In this document: positions 13,801 through 28,506 of the stretch, piece after piece
How the letters are laid out: each line of letters opens with the position of its first letter
Numbering within the stretch: position 1 is the stretch's first letter
Assembly: GCA_001643675.2 (NCBI GenBank)
Contig: LSRY02000008.1
Span: 496,001 to 560,000 of the forward strand
DNA length: 64,000 bases
Source of the DNA: Monocercomonoides exilis PA203
Taxonomy: Eukaryota > Protista > Preaxostyla
Direction of reading: 5' to 3'
Notes under the pieces: generated by a model
Told to the model about the DNA's origin: nothing
The model's database searches: none
Seen by the model: only the letters and a program-made list of their open reading frames with translations
Made by a program: the position numbers and the translations under genes

Positions 13801-16800
13801 CCGAGTGAAACGCATTCTTCCAAGTAATTTCTGAAGTAACGGTGGTTCAAAGTTGTAATCTTGAGATCCTTCTCCTTGTTGATAATCCACGAGCGTCCTT
13901 GCCCTTGTGGATCAATCAGAAGCGGATATCGATCAGATGTGGTGATAACAATACCGTTCTGGATCGAAAGATCATCAGTTGGCAGTCCCTGGGCATTCCA
14001 CTCAGCGACTGTTGCTTCGTCTGTGCAGAACTTTGTGAGTGAAAGATCCTTCTGGATTGGAATGTTCCTCCTCTTCAAGTCCTTCAACCACTCGTCTCTC
14101 AAAATCTCTCTGTATTCGCTGTTGAACGGACCAGCATAGCACAAGAACGACGAAGCCAAGCACACATCTCCCACAAACTTCTTGATGTCTTCATCGAACT
14201 GGATGATTTCCTCGCTCCATCTCTTTCGCTCGCCAGACAGCCCAGTGATAAGCGCATTCGCAGAGTCCATTCTCTTCTTCGTCAGATCTGCCTTGTCCTG
14301 CAGCCTCTGCTTCTCAGCCATTGCTGAATCGTACTGCGCCTTCATCTCATCCAGCGTCTTCTGCTTCTCTGCCAAATCTCTCTCTGCAATGTCCAGCTTC
14401 GCCTGTGTCACTCTCTGGATTGCCTCAGCCTCCATCAGTGCTTTGATCTTTGGCTCCACATTCTTCGCAATGAAGTGGTAGCTTACCATAGCTCTGATCC
14501 AAGAGCACAGACCAGCCAGGTTACCACAAGCGTTCTTTGCAGCGTCCTTGTTGAAGTCAGGCATCTCCAAATAAGGTGCCAGCAGCTCGCACTGCTCGTC
14601 GGTGATGGATTCCTTCGGGAACTGCTGAAGGGACTGCAGAAGACCAGACTCCTGGAGCATCACTTTGGATGCGGACCAAGAGGGCTTGATCTGCTGCTTG
14701 TCTTTGTCTGTCTCGATTGTCACTTGCTCGATGGAATAGTTACGAAGCAGCAGCACACCATCCATAATCCTCATAATCAGGTTTGGAGGTGTACCCAGCT
14801 TCTTCAGCGTGGCTATATCTCCTCCTGTAATTTGGTTCAGCGCTCTTTCGGCTTCTTCCAGTTCGGGTTTAGCTGCAGCAAGTCCTCTTTCTGCTTCTTC
14901 TTTCTGTGCATTGATCTTCTCAGCTTCAATGGCCAATGCATCTTTCACTTTTTGCACTTCGAACTTTGTCTTTTCAGCAGCTGCGGTGTTGGCTGTGATG
15001 ACAGTCAAGAATTCTGCAGCTTTCGTCTGTGCCACCTTCAATTCTTGTTCTTGCACCACCAATTCTTTCTTCATTTCTTCAATATCCTTTGCAGCTGTCA
15101 GCAGCTTTGTCAGCCCTGTCTTTAATCTCTCTTTCATCTCAAGAACTTCATTCCGCTTGCGTGTGTACATGCTCTTGTAAGTGTTGATGAACGACAGATA
15201 AGATTTGGGCGTGACATAAGCGTGTCTTCTCAATCTTTGGAAGTATTCATTTGACACGTCATTCACTTTGTGATGCACAAATGACATGTGATCCACAAGC
15301 TGTGCTTTAACCTCCGGTGAGCAGTCGATGTCAAACGATGACAGGAACTGCTGAGCCACTTCCAGAAGCGCCTCCTTCGGCCACGGCTTGAACCAGTCGA
15401 TGTTGCAGCCGGAAATAAGCCCAGGGAACTTTCTGGCTCTGTTTCTGAACTTATCGCCAATTGGAGAGAAGCACAGCACGACATGCAGGTTGTCCTTCAC
15501 TTGCTCGATGAAGAACTTCCACAGATTTTCTGCTGTGTCAATGATCTTCGGGGCCAGCTTCTTCATCCTTGGTCGAATGTCAGTTGTAATTGAGTCAACT
15601 TCATCCTTCGCGAACAATGATGGAATTTCACCAGATGTCAAGATGCAGTTGATGTACTCCAAAAAGCCTTCCTCTTTGATTTCATTATCGGTAAACAGAA
15701 ACACAACTGAATGCCCTTCAACACCAGCCATCCGATACACAATCTTCAGATCATCCAGAAGGTTATTTGTATTGTATGTTCTCGTGATTTGGATCTGGAA
15801 GGTCTTCGCATGTGCAATAAATGCTGCAAGACGTGTCAGCGTCTGCTTTCCTGAGCCTCCCACACCAACAAGCAGTGCATTCCCACGAGGTGTGGTGATG
15901 ATACGGTAGATTCTTGTCAAGTGTTCAAGGGCATCTTGGAAGAGCACAATGTTAATCTTCGCACGCTTGTTTGCTTCGTTGTATCGCTCCATGAATTCCT
16001 CTGCTCTGTGCTTCAGATCGTCCACCACCATCACTGGCTCGTAAATATGTGGCTCAGTTGGCTCTGCCACTGGCTGTGACATGTCAACGTTGTCGTCTTC
16101 TGGTGCATCTCTCATGAAATCGACAAACAGACACGGCTTCATCACTTCATTCACAACAGACGACGGGAATTGTTTTTGAAGAATATCGTGCATCGCTTTG
16201 TCAAACCATTGAACATCTTCTTTGCTTACAAACTTGTCTGGCATCACACGGCAGCATTCGTGTCTCCACAACTGTAAGAAAGTGGGCACAGTTTTGACAA
16301 TGTCAGATTCTGCTTTAATCATTCCCTGGAAGATACGTGACATATCTCTCAAGTTGAAAATGTAGTGGAACTTCGAAGGAGTTGGAAGCATCTTCGCTTT
16401 TGTCACTTCCCACATTTCGTGTGTGATTGCACAAATCTTCTGTGCCACTTCAATCACTTCGCTGCTGAACTTCCTTTCTGGGCAGAAATGTCCCTCCACA
16501 ATTGTGCCAAAGATCTTCTGCAGATTCGCACGAGATGGCATTGTGAAGTTGAAAATGCTGAAATGCCTGCGGAAACGCGATGGAATGTCGTTTCGGCCTC
16601 CTCCTGGGTGAGGCATTGCGCAGATGAACTGAATGTCCACAATCTCTGTAAACAGACCAGGCTTGTCCAGGTTGTAGAACCCGTGCTCTTCCACAAGCTG
16701 TCTGAACAGCTCATTCGTCACCTGGTCATTCCATTCGTTGTACTCTGGCATGTTCACATCATCCACAAAGATCGTCATCTTCCTGCCACCTGGTGGACCA

Positions 16801-19800
16801 TATGCACCAATACGCTTGTCGATGAGGGATTCAAGCATTCTCTGGAAGATGATTGGGGTGGTGGCTGACGAAAAGTTGAGCACTTTCGAAAGCATTGTTT
16901 CTTTGTCCAGAGATTCCAAGTATTGCATGATGGTGACTGTCTTTGCTGTACCTGACTCTCCAATGCACAAAATCTGCTTGTTCTGCGAAGCAATCAGGTT
17001 GATCAGGAACTGTGCACGTACATTATCCACAGTTGGAATAAACAGATCGGCAAAGGATGGTGTGTATGTGCGAGGATAGGTATAATCAGGCACCATTGTC
17101 GAAATGTGCACCCACTCTCCGCTCTCCTTGTTCACCATGTAGTCATACACTGTATCTCCGTCTTTTGTCATTGGAGGCAGATCCAATTGAAGCTCGTCCT
17201 TCATGAACTTGTGCAGCTTCACGCGATCTTCAGGCTCCAGACGCCCACCAACAGACCAAATCATTGAGAACACAAAGAAGCGCTCCAGCATCTGAGGAGC
17301 CAAGTTCGAATCGGCTGGTGCAAGTGCTTGCAAAATGTCAAGGCATGACGAGGCAGCAGCAAGTGGCTCGTTGCCCATCACTTCCTTCGTGTTCTTTTCG
17401 ATGAATGCAAACACTTTGTCCATTGTCTTCGCGAACAGATCTTCCAAAATAGCAGCATCGTTCCTCTTTGAAATGCGTGATTGCACAATTGGCATCCACC
17501 CAAGAGTCGAACGAGACAGGAAAATCATACCACCACGAGACACAGTAGCAGGTGAGGCATTATCCAAGTTGCCCACTTCAAAAATCATCTTCATTCTCGG
17601 TCCCATACGAATACGATCAGAGTTGGCCAATGTCAGTGTCTTGTTATCATCCAGCACAGTGTTCATTGACTCAATCCAAAGTGCATCGACTGGCCCATCA
17701 AGCGTCAGCCAGATGTAGTCCTGCTCCTTTTTGCATGCTTTTCTCCAGATGGTTGAGAAGATACCATCAAACCACTCATTCGTAGCCACATCCAGTTTTC
17801 CAAACATCTGAGTAGCTGTAATAGCCTTTGGATTCAGCCTGGTCTCCTTGTGCGGCATTCCCACATGCCCATAAGCCTTTGCCAGCATCTGAATGCACTT
17901 TGTCTTTCCTGAGCCCGCCACACCCATCACGAACACACCATGACGTACTGTGATTGTCTCATGCAGCTGGATAATCTTCAGCACCCACGAAGGATGCATA
18001 ATAAGCCCTGCTTTCTCCACCTCTTCCTGAATACCTTTCTCCAGGTCTGGATACGGCTCAGCTTTTACTTCCAGACCAGGGAACAGATCGTTAATCAGAG
18101 AGTTGAACAGAGGCCCATCTTCATCCACCAGCTTTGACAAGTTCATATCACGCACCACACGCATCAGAATCTGTGACTCGTTATCTGACGGCCGCATTCT
18201 CTTTGTTGCTCCGCATGTTCTCAGCACGGCCAGAATGTTTCTCAGACCGAAATCGTAATGTCTCTGCTGTGACAGCTGCTCTTCGCACAGACGGTACAAA
18301 ATATAGAACTTCTTCGCGAGGATGATGTTCTCCTGGAAACCAGCCGCAGCCAGCTTCACTCTCTGAATGATCTGCCTGTCTGGCACCATCATAGCGACAG
18401 AACGGAAGACAGCCTTCAAGTTCTCTGGCAGCTCCACACGACCAGCATAACCTGGGTTCATTGTGATGAAGTAACCGCACTCAGGCAACAAGGGGACGGT
18501 TGTACCATCAGTGAAGACAAACGAGTTCCTTCTCTCTCTCAGCGCAGTCAAAATACACGACACTTGCTGTGCAACCACAGACAGCACAGCTGGTTCAATA
18601 CGATTGAACTCATCAAAATCACCCCACGACCCAGATTGTGCCAGTCCTTTGAAGATCTTTCCCAGTCCTCTATAGTCCATCTGATCAGAGCAGTTGAACA
18701 CAACCACGTATTTCCCCAGTGCTTTGCCCATATCCTTAACTGTCTCAGTCTTTCCTGTTCCGGCTGGCCCTGCTGGAGCACCTCCCAGGAACATTCCCAG
18801 TGCCTGTGCCAGTGTGATGTAGCATCTGTCAGTCAGTGGAGTAACCACAAGACGTTCTGTGCATCCCAAATACTCGTAGCAGTAGTTGAAGTCGATATCT
18901 GTGATCTGGATCTGCACCAGCTGCTCGTCTGACTTCCAGTAGAAACGAGTCTGTTTCAGCCAGTTGAACTCGTGCGGTGAGCGGATCTTCTGCTTCACCA
19001 GTTCATCGAAGATATCTCTCTGATGCACATCGATTGTCACAAGCGTCTCAATCTTCGTTCTCTGTAGTGATGTCAAATCTTTCGTTGTCATATCCACAAG
19101 CCTCTTCAGAACATTCGCATTCTTCTTGTTGCAGTTGTTCAGTGCATTCTTGTCTGTTCTCGCTGCTCTCAAAGCCAAATCACAATCTCTTGTCCACATC
19201 AGCTGGATGCCCAACAACGCAATCTGTGCTGGGAACTTCCACACAAAGTCCTCCAGCTCCATCTGATCCATCGCCAAAACTGAGTCCTTCGTCACATTTC
19301 TGAGTGTAGCCCTCATTCCGTCCACAAGCGACTGCAGCCAGTGCTCAATATGCCCCTCAGCCACCACACGCTTCACCAGATCCACATGTTCATTCTCACT
19401 TGAGTTCATTCCGATGATGTGTGTTCTCTTCGAACGGTCGAAATCGACACGGGCGATGTTGTCGAAGATGTTCTTCAGCTGTGGCTGGATTGCATTCGGA
19501 TCGGTGGCTTGACCCAGAATTTCCAACAGATTGGGATCAGACACGAAATAGAAACGAGGGAACAAGGAACGTTTTGTCTCAAGATAACCAGAAAGTGACT
19601 TCTGGCAAGACTCCAGCTGCTCAGTGAGATGGGGCAGCAGCGTCTTCAGTGTGTCGTCGGCACAGCAAATGGCAATGATGTTCTTTCTGTCTCTTGCCGA
19701 GTCCATCAGCTTCACCCAGGACTTATCAATTCCCTGGAACAGACGGGCAGCTTGTGGCAATTGTTGAGCGATATCTCCTCCATTGAACACAGCTTCCAAG

Positions 19801-22800
19801 TAGATCCACAGTGCCTGCACAGCCAGCCACTGGTCAATCGTCTCGTGGCACACCAGCAGCTTCGTGTTCCAGTCAACAATTCTGTCCTTGAAGGGTCCAT
19901 TGAACCTGTTTGAGAGCAAACCTTGCAATGCCATCTGGGAATCTTCCATTGTCGTGATCATCTCAGAAGTGACTGAACCTTTCAGAAGAAGCTCTCCTCT
20001 GTTCTTGAACTGCATGAATGTGAACTCCTGGTTCACCCATGCCGCAATGATATCGTTCAGTTTCGCTTCAATTTCTGCTTCCTTCGCGCAGCCAGACGCG
20101 ATTTCATCAATTTCTTCAATGTGTTGCACAAGCCCTGCGTTTCTCAAATGTCCCAATTTGAACACATCTGAGTCTGTCTTGAATGTCGTGCCAATCACCT
20201 GCATAATCGACTGCCAATGTCTTTCTCTGATGAACTCTTGCTTTAGATTCCTCAGCGTCTCAATCACGTCCGAAAACTCATCCACCATCCGCTTCAGGTC
20301 CTTGTACGAGTCCCACTGATGGATCGTCTTCGGCATCGCACGACATTTCGACTGGAAATCAGACATTTGCTGCTCAACTTCCTCCAAATTGAGGTCGGCC
20401 CAGAGTGTGTCATCGTACTTGTTCACTGTCATGATCACATCTGAATACAAACTGTACAAAAGATCCAGCAATTTCAGCTCTCTCGAAATCTGGTCCAGTT
20501 TCGGGTACTTCGTTTCTTCCAGCCCAAACAGCGCTTCTCCTTCTTTGTACGATACATACTTCCTCGCTCTGTCGTCAAACACTGCTTTGTACACACGCAG
20601 CTTCTCCATGGCCGTCCTCGGGTTTGTCTGTGCCATTGGTCCCTTTTCTGTGTATTCCTCGTGGAATGACTCGACTTCAATGCGGAATGCTGCCACGTGC
20701 TCCTTCAGCTCCTGCATGTATTTGTCCTGCACAGAGCACAAATAGCCCATCACTTCGTCGTTCTTCGTCTTCAGCTTCTTCCAGCGGTAGCGCAAGTTGT
20801 CCAGCATATCTGTCTCTTCTGTTGTGATCTCCACGCCAAACTTGCCCAGAAGCGAGTATCTTTCTTCCAAAGGAATCAGCTTCAGATCAAAATTCTCACT
20901 CATCTGCCTCACTCCGTCCATCGTCTTCACCAAATCTCTGATATCGTCAATGTCGTTCACTGCTCGTCCCAGTTTTGACAGGTTGTCTGTCATAAACTCT
21001 GTCATTTCTCTCAGCTGTGCCAGTGCGTCTCTGTGAAGATGTTGAGCATAATGCGTCTTCCACTCATTGATCAAGTCAATGAACTTCTCCTTGATTGGTT
21101 GTGAATTCACCACAAACACTGCAATATCCTTCTGAGATGCAATGTCATTCACTTTCTCTGCAATCTCGTCGTATTTCAGGACCTGCTGCTGATATTCTTC
21201 CAATGTTGGGTTTGTCTTCACAAACTCAGAAATCTTCTCTTCCATATCATCTTCCCACAATTCCTTGAACTCTGAAAAGATCTCCAAATATTGCTTCACT
21301 TCTCTTCTGAACATTTTGATTCCGTGCGCCAACACAAGCACAGTTCTGATAATGTCCTTATGAGATGCAACTTGCTCAAAGAGTGGCTCGGGAATCAGAT
21401 AGCTTCCATCACCTCCTGGTGCAAATGGCGTAATCAGCCCTGCAAGCGCTGCATTCGACACACCCGCATTCTTCCCGCTCGATGATATGTGAGCAGAAGA
21501 TCCTGGTGTGATTGGTGTTTCGCCTGCCGATGATGCGGGGGAGGCAACCGCAGAGGCCGAAAGGGAAGAAGAGGAAGAGCCAAAGTTTGCTCCAGCAGCT
21601 GCGCTTGGAGTCATTCCACCAGGTGAAGCATAAGATCGGCTGGTTCCGCCAGCGTTCTGTCGATACAGCGAAGCCACTTCCTTTCCAGATGCAATCACAT
21701 CAAACAGCTGTGAGCTTGACTTCACAGCGTATGCACCTTCATCCGCACCAGCAGACGAGCCAGAGGCAGAAGCTGATGCAGACGCAGAGGAAGAAGCAGA
21801 AGCTGAGCTTACACCGTGCAGATAAGCTGTGCTGGCAGTCATTCCAGGCGACAGGCTGCTCCCAGCACCCACTGAGCTCGTGCTTCCTGACCCAGGCATC
21901 GCTCCTCCGCTTCCTCCGCCAGTCAAACCAGACCACGCAAACACTTTCTTTGTGGTGGCAATGATCATCTTGCTCACATTTACCAGTGAGCGCTTGATTT
22001 CTCTCAAAGACGGGGTGATTGTCACGTTGTTGTTGTCAAGCGTGATTGTAAGTTCAAACAGCGCTGGAACTGAGCCATTCGTCCATGCACGCACTGAATT
22101 CAATGACGCAATCACCGCTCTCAAAAGCATGTTGAATGCCTCTCTCTGGAAGTGGTTGTATATCTTCAGCGCTGGTTCCTTCACTGTCAGCTGCTTTTCA
22201 CGTGGAAGAGAAGCAAGAATCAATCTAATCATATCGATCACTGCTGATTCTGTCTCTTTATTCCTCACCTGCAATGCTTCTCCTTGTGCTGTCGTGAACT
22301 CCTCCACACCCAACATGAACTCAGGCAATGAGCACTGGTCCTGTGGTAGAGCAATCAGCTCCAGATGCCCCAAGCCCCACAGAGCTGTCGCAATACGGTG
22401 CTGGATGATGTCGTTCGCCTTGTTCAGCAGCTGCTCGAAGTTGTCCAGTGAGTTGCCTACACCCACGATGTACGAGTCAATGCTGAGTGAATTCCAGTTG
22501 ATTGTCTTTAAGGCCGGTGCGATCTTCTCCTCAATCAGGTTGATGTGTGGGATAACAATGTCCCGATAGATTGGCAAGATAAGCTTCATCACACTCGTCC
22601 TTTTTTCGATCAAGTTCTGCAGAGCGCTCTGGTAGAACTTCAGCTTGTCTTCCCTCTGAAGAGCTAAAAGCCCCTCAGGCACCACCTCCAGCTGCATCCG
22701 GTGCAGAAACTTGCTTTCTCTAATCAGCTCCAACAGAGATGGGTCAAGATTCACATACAGCTTCCCTGTCTTCGGGTGCTTCACCAGCAGCGTCACGTTC

Positions 22801-24889
22801 AGCCCCGCCAGCGCATTCTCCACAGAATCAAACCACTTCAGATGCCACCTCGTCTCAAACTCCAGCAGACCTTGTGCCAGTTTGTTGTACAGCCGAATGA
22901 TGTGCTTCGCCTCTGAGTGCTGCAAAAGCCCAGGGCGCGACCGGAACTCCAGCATCGGCCCTTCAATGTGCCTTAGAAGCTGTCTCGCCCACTGAATGTT
23001 TCCAGTCACCGGTGGCATATTCCTCGCAATCGGTGGATTTGCCCTCTGCGCCTCGAATCTCTCCTTCACTTCCTCCAAATCGTGTCCGAAGTTCACAAAG
23101 ACACGCTCCCACTGTCTGTTCAGCTCGTCCCGCAGTGTCTGCCTTGCTGTGATTGCCTCGAAGTGCTTCAGCAGGCGGATGGCGCTGTGTGTCTCGTGGA
23201 TGTTGTCAAAGCACAATGTGATGTACTGCAGAAAATCCTCCTCCAACCGGCGCGAAGCTCGGCAGAACTCGAGATAGTCCGCATCAAACGCATCCTTCCT
23301 GTAGTTCAAGACATCATAGCTCTTTCTCTGGAACAGTTCTGCGATCTCATCCAGACGACGTAAAAGTGGCTGCATTGACTCAAGTGTCGTTCTCTTGAAT
23401 GACGAGAATTCATCAATGCTGAGAATGACATCTTCAATCTTCTGCACACGCTTGCAGAACTGGTCAAAATTGCCAAAGATCGACGCTTCTGACATGTCAA
23501 ACTGCTTGGCCTGTGGAGTCACCTGCAGCTCCATCTTTGTCCGATGGTAGTGCTCTTTATACGAGTCCCGCAAATCAATGCACGCGTGCAATCGCCCAAT
23601 GAACGTCTTCCTATCCTGCTTCCAAATGTCTCCTCCTTCCGTCAGGTACTTCTTGCAGCACAGAATCATCTGGTTTGCAATCTTCACAAACAGTGCTGTC
23701 ATCTGCTCTGAAGTGTTGTAGTACCTCGCAACTGAGTGCATCATCTTAATAGCCTTGATGATGTTCGGCACCGAATCCATCAGCTCCACCGGGTTGTCTG
23801 TGTACAGCGGCTGGATAAAACGGTCGAGTGTATAAAGCGAACGAACATTGTCCTTCGCCTCATTAGCAGCATCTGTCACGCGAGCATCCAGTGTTGCCCA
23901 ATGCTTCACAATCTTCGACTGTGCCTGCTGCAGCACAAGCAGCACAATGCGGTACGGCTCCTGCCGCAGCTGATCCGTTATCATATTGAACCGCGCCATC
24001 CGCTCCTTCCAGTGTTCCAACTCGGCATCAGGCCCAATTTCGTCTCCTTCAGATCGAACTTGCTCGCTTTCCACCAATGTTTTCTCTACAGTGCGCGACC
24101 ATTCTTGAACTAGATTCTCAAAGTATTGGATTATGTCTAAATTCTTTGATGCTTCGAGAATTGAAGCTGGTTCGATTGTAATTGGATACTTCTCCAAATC
24201 TGGTGGAGTTAGCATCACCACGCAATCCAAACTTTTTGCAGTGGTTTGCATGTTCGTCGCGAAACGATTAGCATCATACAAAAAGACTGATCCCACTTCT
24301 GATTTGCTTGTCTGAAAAACAAATATAATGAAATTACACAACAAAACATCAAAAAAATAACCTCTCCCCATGCATCTTGCGCATCCAAAGCTGGGATCAT
24401 AACTTCTTTAAGAACGTCAACAAATGAAAGAAGATAATTTGCAGGAAAAGATCCCACCAGCATCTGAGAATTTTTTCAAATTTAATATTTCAGGCAAAGT
24501 TTTCTTTTGAAAAAGAAAGCAAACCTCAAATTCAAAATTTGCGGGTGGAATAGCTTTCTTTCCTGTTCTAAGTACATAAACGCATAGTCCTGTTTCAACC
24601 AAAGGTTCAACTCCTTCATTTTCTTCTCCAATTTGAGCAGAGTATGAAGCCATTCTAATATAAAAATCAATTGAAAACAATAATAGATCTTACTAAGTGT
24701 CAAAAAGCTCTTTTCAAACGGTGATTCGCCTTGTTGGTAAAACAGCATTTTCTTTTCTTGAGGATCATTAAAAAACTTTGTCATTTGAGGTATTAATCCC
24801 TCATCGTTAACAAGTCCCTCAATAACTGAGGATTCGCAATGAAAAAGTTCTGATACTCGTTGGATCACCCATTTATGACGAGCGTCCAT
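10839..24889 (-). CDS. DNAH5: Axonemal dynein heavy chain, outer-arm gamma type (DNAH5/8-like, Chlamydomonas ODA2-like), about 4624 aa. Exons 24889-24720, 24654-24525, 24463-24362, 24311-10839
   Basis: P-loops GPAGTGKT, GVAGSGKT, GESGTAKT (gamma-type) and GVGGSGKQ; FPRFYFVS and FDEFNRI motifs; C-terminus WILRGVALLC. Three GT-AG introns (24655-24719, 24464-24524, 24312-24361) join the upstream ORFs in frame. Confidence 0.95.
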
Positions 24890-25081
24890 GTTTTGAAAAT
24901 AATTAACGGCTAGATCATACCCTTTTTATGTAAAAATCAAAATAATTTCCATGGATGGAATTTTAAAAATTTGTATCATACGCATTCACAAATGTGTGTA
25001 AAATGTTTTATTAAGATGAAAATACAAATTAGCTCAAATTAATAATAATAAACATATTTTCCACATTTTTTGAAATAGATA

Positions 25082-27658
25082 CCATGGGTGCTTTCCCCGC
25101 CCCCTGGTGCCAAACCCGCACCCTATTCATATTTGAATGAGCTTTCAAAACACAATTAGATGTATAACTATTGAAAACTATTTTAAAACAGCTAAAAATG
25201 ATGTCAACAATCCAAGTTTTGCTTTTGCTCAATCTCCGTTAATTTTTGTTCTTTCAAAATTAAGCCAGTTTCTTCTTAAATCCAAAGACTATATTTATCG
25301 CAACTTTTTCAGAGCTAGTGAAAATAATAAACCAGTTCAATATTTTTCGCTTTGTATGTCAGACAACGAAATTTGTTAACGTTATCTTTGATTCAAAATG
25401 ACAACAAAAGAAATTTTGATATGCTTGATCACACCCAATAAAGATGACTGAAAAACCTGAATTATCATCAACTCAGTTGCACAGAGTTCTTGCAACCAAG
25501 GAATATCGATCATTCAAATCCCCATCGAAAAAGCTTTTCGCAATTCGAAAAAGTTTTAAAGTGAAATATTCAACTGCCATAAAAGCAAAGGTTGTGTCAA
25601 AAGATGCATGGAAAAGAGGTATAAGAGCGGAAAGAGCTGGCAGAGAAGCTGGAAGGAATGGGCACCCTCAGGCAATTACGAACGAGCAATTGGAAGAAAT
25701 TGAGAACCAGGTGCTAGTCCTTTTATCAAATCAGACAATAGTTCGAATTCGCGATGTTCAAAACATGGTTTGCATTATTTATTAATTTGTTTTTGTAACA
25801 TTTTCATGTTGCTAAGTGTGTGGATCAAATAGAAAAATCATCAAAACCGAAGCAAGAATTCAAAACAATCAACAAAAAATATGCATATAAATTAATTCAA
25901 CGAAGTGATGTTTTGAAGGCTGCAATCGCAAGGCACACGGACGTTGCAAAAATATCAGCGCAGTCACCAGAAAATATCAGAGGATGGTTTTCAGAATTGT
26001 TAAGCACTGTTACGGAATACAATATCACAGCTGCGGATATATTCAATTTTGATGAATCGTCTATCTCATGTGGGGAATCATCGAACAAACTGGTTGTTTG
26101 CCTAAAAAGCCAAACTCCTCCACAAGTTCCCGTCGTTCCGAAAGTCCCGAATGCAACTATATGCCTTTGTATCTGCGCTGACGGATCCTCATTACCGCGA
26201 TTTCTTCTATGGCCAAAGAAAACACTCCCGAAAGAGTTTCGCACACTTTCTTCATTTGATATCAGATATATTTTTTCATCTTCCGGGTGGATCACTAAGG
26301 ATATTTTCAAGTTCATTATGATTTATTACTGGATTCCATTAATCGTGGAGAAAGTGAAACCTACAAGTTCTCATCGTGCACTTTTATTAATGGATAATCA
26401 TTCAACTCACAATGACGAAACTGTAATTGAAGCAGCTGAAAAAAATTTCATCATTCTGAAAAAATTCCCACCTAATATGACACATTTGCTTCAGCCGTGT
26501 GACTCATGTGTTTTTTCTCGACTAAAATCCACTTTGAGTAACAAATTTGTTATTCCTTCTCCATTTTCTCTCCCTTCTTATCGAGCCCAACTTGCAGAAA
26601 TTCTCCCCGAAGCCATGGCTGCAGCTTGTGTTCCATCAACAGTGAAGGCAGCATTCATTAAGACAGGAGTCTGGCCTGTTGCTGCAGCTCCCGTTCTCTC
26701 TCGCATATCTGGAGCACCTATTGGAGCCTCTCCATTGAAAGAAGACCTTCATTCTTCGTCTCAAGATTGGCGTGAAGAACTTTTTGGAAGCTATTCTCCA
26801 CCAAAAAGGCAAAGTGTTTCAGCTTCATCAATACAATCAGATATTTATTCCGCAGAAAAAGCAGACTCAACAAAATCAACTTCATCGACGATACCGATCT
26901 GTTCTTCTCCGTCTGATGATCACAAATTAAATTCAACAACAATTATAGAAGATTTGGACAGCTTCGAATTAAAAAAACAACTTGAAGATGCAGAAAAGCA
27001 TCTTGCATTTCTTCGATCCAAATATAAAGAAATAGAAAAAGCGAAAACTTCTTCGACTCCTTCAACATCAAAAACCAAGCATACTCGTGAAGAATTCAAC
27101 ATTCTTTTGTCAAGCTCTTCTGCAGATGAAGATAAAAGAGAAATAAAACATAAAAAGAAAAAGAAAATGATAATTTACAAAATAATCAACGATGATACAA
27201 GTGGAGAAAGCTTCATTGATGATAGAAGAAAACCGGAAAAGGAGAAGCCAATTCAAAGAGCAGTTTCACCATCTTTCAGCAGAAAAGAAATTGAATGTCG
27301 CGAAAAGTATTATTCTTCGTTGTCATCGTAGTTTGTTTGTTTGTTTTTTCACATTGAAAGGTTTGCATCTGCTGAAAGTGATTATTGATAAAGAAGAACG
27401 AGTGAGTACCCCATTTGGTTATTTTTGTTTTTTGTATTACCGCAAACTGATTAAGTTGAAGAATTTTTAAAAAAAACTTCGAAACCTTTTTATCTCAAAC
27501 ACCAAACAATGAAGCTTTTCAATAATGTGATGTACTTGTCCTATTTTTTTCAAAGCTCAACGATTGAAAATGAATAGTGTTCATATGACAAAATGTGAAC
27601 TTTTAATTCAATTTGTGGGTGCGGGTTTAGCACCAGGGGGCAGGTAAAGCACTCATGG
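25082..27658 (+). mobile_element. pogo/Fot-like (IS630-Tc1-mariner group) DNA transposon, 2577 bp, apparently intact
   Basis: 42-bp TIRs at 25082-25123 and 27617-27658 (4 mismatches), each flanked by TA (25080-81, 27659-60). Encloses a DDE_1-type transposase. Confidence 0.92.
25444..27331 (+). CDS. pogo-family DD35D transposase, 612 aa, intron 25768-25816
   Basis: Catalytic motifs IFNFDES, LLMDNHSTH and HLLQPCD, with 35 aa between D2 and D3; SSGWIT motif. A 49-nt GTTTG...TAAG intron joins ORFs 25444-25785 and 25820-27331 in phase 0. Confidence 0.9.
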
Positions 27659-28506
27659 TATTATGAAGTGGTTTTTTTTAAATCCAAACAAATCAATGTC
27701 GAAGCACAATAGAAGCAAAAAAAGAAAATATAGAAAGAAAAAATAAGAGGAAGACAAAACAAAACAAAAGATAAGATAAGAGAAGTTAAGAAAGGAAAAG
27801 AGTACGTAAATGTTTTTCATATATCCCAATTGTTTCGATTTCCTTATTCTTTTTCTTTCACTTCTGCTTCTTCTCCAACTTTTGATGAATTTGTTTTTTC
27901 AAAATGATGTTTTTAAAATGACAATATTTTGTATTACTGTTTTATTTTCATATTTTTCATGAAATGGAGAAAAAAAAATACAGAATATCAGGTGAATGGA
28001 AATGCTTTTGAAATGAAAAAATGAAGTTGTCAAAATTCTCAAAAACAAAGAGAAATTATTCTCTTTATGAAAATAAAAAAAATTGAAATGGATTGGCAAA
28101 ACTGTTGAACAGGATGAATAAAAAACACATACCATTCAAAACAACAGAGTGAATGGGATTCTCTCAAATGGGAGAAAAAAGTCGGAAAGAATCGTTTTGT
28201 CAAATAATTATTGCTCGATTTCTAAAAGTTATAAAAGTCGACAAAAGTCCTTTCAACAATTCGGGGAGTTATGCAAACAAGTGGGAATAAGAAGAAAATG
28301 GATTGAAATGAATATTCTTTGAAGAACATCAAAAATACAAAAAAGAAAAACAAAAAGGCCAAGCAAAAAGTAAAAAGTGAAGCAAATATCAATAAAATCG
28401 TTGAAATGATGCAAAGATGCTGCTCAGATATTTGTGTGCAGGTTGGCACAAATGAAAACACAATCAATCTTCAGCACCTTAAAATAAACATATGAAATGA
28501 AAACAA

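Noticed and set aside
10975-24315. Numerous + strand and alternate-frame ORFs over dynein and antisense to the repeat genes
   Set aside because: These are shadows of codon bias and repeat periodicity, with no independent motifs.
28430-28453. SECIS-type readthrough of the TGA in copy B via the 3' hairpin
   Set aside because: The TGA aligns with Trp, not Cys. The hairpin is too small, lacks the AUGA/GA core, and is also present in stop-free copy A.
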